From the NCBI GenBank assembly GCA_044347345.1, contig JBIKUX010000032.1, forward strand, positions 1 through 19,349: 19,349 nucleotides of DNA, in the 5' to 3' direction. The DNA comes from Bdellovibrionota bacterium. GTDB taxonomy: Bacteria; Bdellovibrionota_C; UBA2361; JBIKUX01. A program made the position numbers and the translations under genes. Positions within the stretch are counted from its first letter, which is position 1. Each line of letters begins with the position of its first letter. Below, one piece after another: positions 18,609-19,349 of this stretch. The notes below the pieces were generated by a model. The model searched no databases. It was not told the DNA's origin and was given only the letters and a program-made list of their open reading frames with translations.

Positions 18609-18640
18609 TACAGCTATTAAAATTAATACAACTATTAATT
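18603..18640. repeat. Tandem 18-bp duplication of a palindromic AT-rich unit
   Basis: AATTAATACAGCTATTAA (18603-18620) and AATTAATACAACTATTAA (18621-18638) are 17/18 identical. 18621-18640 is a perfect 8-bp inverted repeat with a 4-nt loop. Confidence 0.85.
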
Positions 18641-18716
18641 GGCGCCCTCGGCACGGCTCGAACGTGCGACCCCAAGTTTAGGAAACTTGTGCTCTATCCT
18701 ACTGAGCTACGAGGGC
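18640..18716 (-). tRNA. tRNA-Arg (anticodon CCT), 77 nt, encoded CCA
   Basis: Reverse complement folds as acceptor GCCCTCG/CGAGGGC + GCCA, D-arm GCTC-AGTAGGATA-GAGC, anticodon arm CAAGT-TTCCTAA-ACTTG, T-arm GCACG-TTCGAGC-CGTGC. Confidence 0.97.
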
Positions 18717-18774
18717 TAGTTACATCTTCCTAGGGTAATACGATAAAAGTTCTTAGTGCAAGGCAAAGTGAAAC

Positions 18775-18795
18775 CTTTAACATCTCTTGTTAAAG
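18775..18795. terminator. Perfect 8-bp inverted repeat just after the holB stop (weak terminator or protein-binding site)
   Basis: CTTTAACA-tctct-TGTTAAAG. On the minus strand it is followed by GTTTCACTTT. Confidence 0.4.
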
Positions 18796-18798
18796 AGT

Positions 18799-19347
18799 CT
18801 AAAATTGCTGAAACATAAGAAGCGTATCATCGGCAGATTCTTCAAGAAATGTCGACTCTTTCAATAGAGGAGCACAGCGAGAAAAAAGAGTTATTAAAAT
18901 ATATTGAGCATTTAAGTTGCGCTCTTTTATTAGGCGTTCAGCTCCGGTGAGTGCTGTCAGGAAGTAAGAATATCCTCGTAATCTATCAAGTCGTTTTTCT
19001 TTCCTGAGACCATTACAAAGTCCTGCTTTAAGTGCTAAGAAAAGTGCGGCCAGTGATTCTTTGTCTTTTCCGAGTGTTTGAGCAATTTGGATTAATTGAG
19101 CAATTTCTTGTCTTATTAGATGGCGCACTATACTTTCGCTTTTTTCAATTACTTCAGGATGATTAACTAGAAGATTAAGAGTTGCGGCAGAGCCTTTAGC
19201 TAACAAAGCTAATTTTTGTAATGGTATAGATAGATCTAGTCTTTGTTCCTCAGCAATTTTTGTAAGAATTTCAGGAGACAGGGGCTTAAATGATATTTTT
19301 TGTGAACGAGATATTACTGTAGATGGAAGTTTAGACACTGAGCCGGT
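18799..19347 (-). CDS. holB: Probable DNA polymerase III clamp-loader subunit delta', C-terminal part (5' end beyond window)
   Basis: The frame is open to the window edge (TGSVSKLPSTVISRSQKISFKPL), resembling the clamp-loader LPTIxSRCQxxxFxPL motif (SRC is SRS here), followed by LAKGS. The roughly 170-aa tail fits delta' better than DnaX. Confidence 0.7.
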   Translation of the reverse strand, partial: TGSVSKLPSTVISRSQKISFKPLSPEILTKIAEEQRLDLSIPLQKLALLAKGSAATLNLLVNHPEVIEKSESIVRHLIRQEIAQLIQIAQTLGKDKESLAALFLALKAGLCNGLRKEKRLDRLRGYSYFLTALTGAERLIKERNLNAQYILITLFSRCAPLLKESTFLEESADDTLLMFQQF

Positions 19348-19349
19348 TA

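Noticed and set aside
10881-18716. Intact genomic island or prophage integrated at tRNA-Arg
   Set aside because: No integrase or phage genes, and no duplicated tRNA 3' end was found by eye.

Overview
AT-rich bacterial chromosomal segment. The left end has four proteins of unknown function: the 3' end of a gene with a Lys/Pro-rich tail, a predicted lipoprotein, an acidic protein, and a divergent membrane-anchored protein. The centre is a tightly coupled operon hisG - hisD::hisB (one fused 641-aa ORF) - hisH - hisA - hisF - hisIE - nadE (glutamine-dependent) - nadD, with no hisC and no histidinol-phosphatase domain. Next is a 2515-aa secreted multidomain protein: a putative carbohydrate-binding module, a heparinase II/III-like polysaccharide-lyase core, Pro/Thr linkers and two 7-bladed FG-GAP propellers. 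It converges on a tRNA-Arg(CCT), and the window ends with the 3' part of a probable holB. Most notable are (1) the HisD-HisB fusion exactly where hisC-hisN would normally lie, (2) an unannotated micro-ORF (M)HHHCILN with a good SD whose stop overlaps the first hisG start (TTGA) but has no terminator, (3) a second micro-ORF with five tandem CTA Leu codons, and (4) the giant lyase-like/double-propeller protein. No integrase, transposase, CRISPR array or reverse transcriptase was seen. All family calls come from motif recognition, not database searches.
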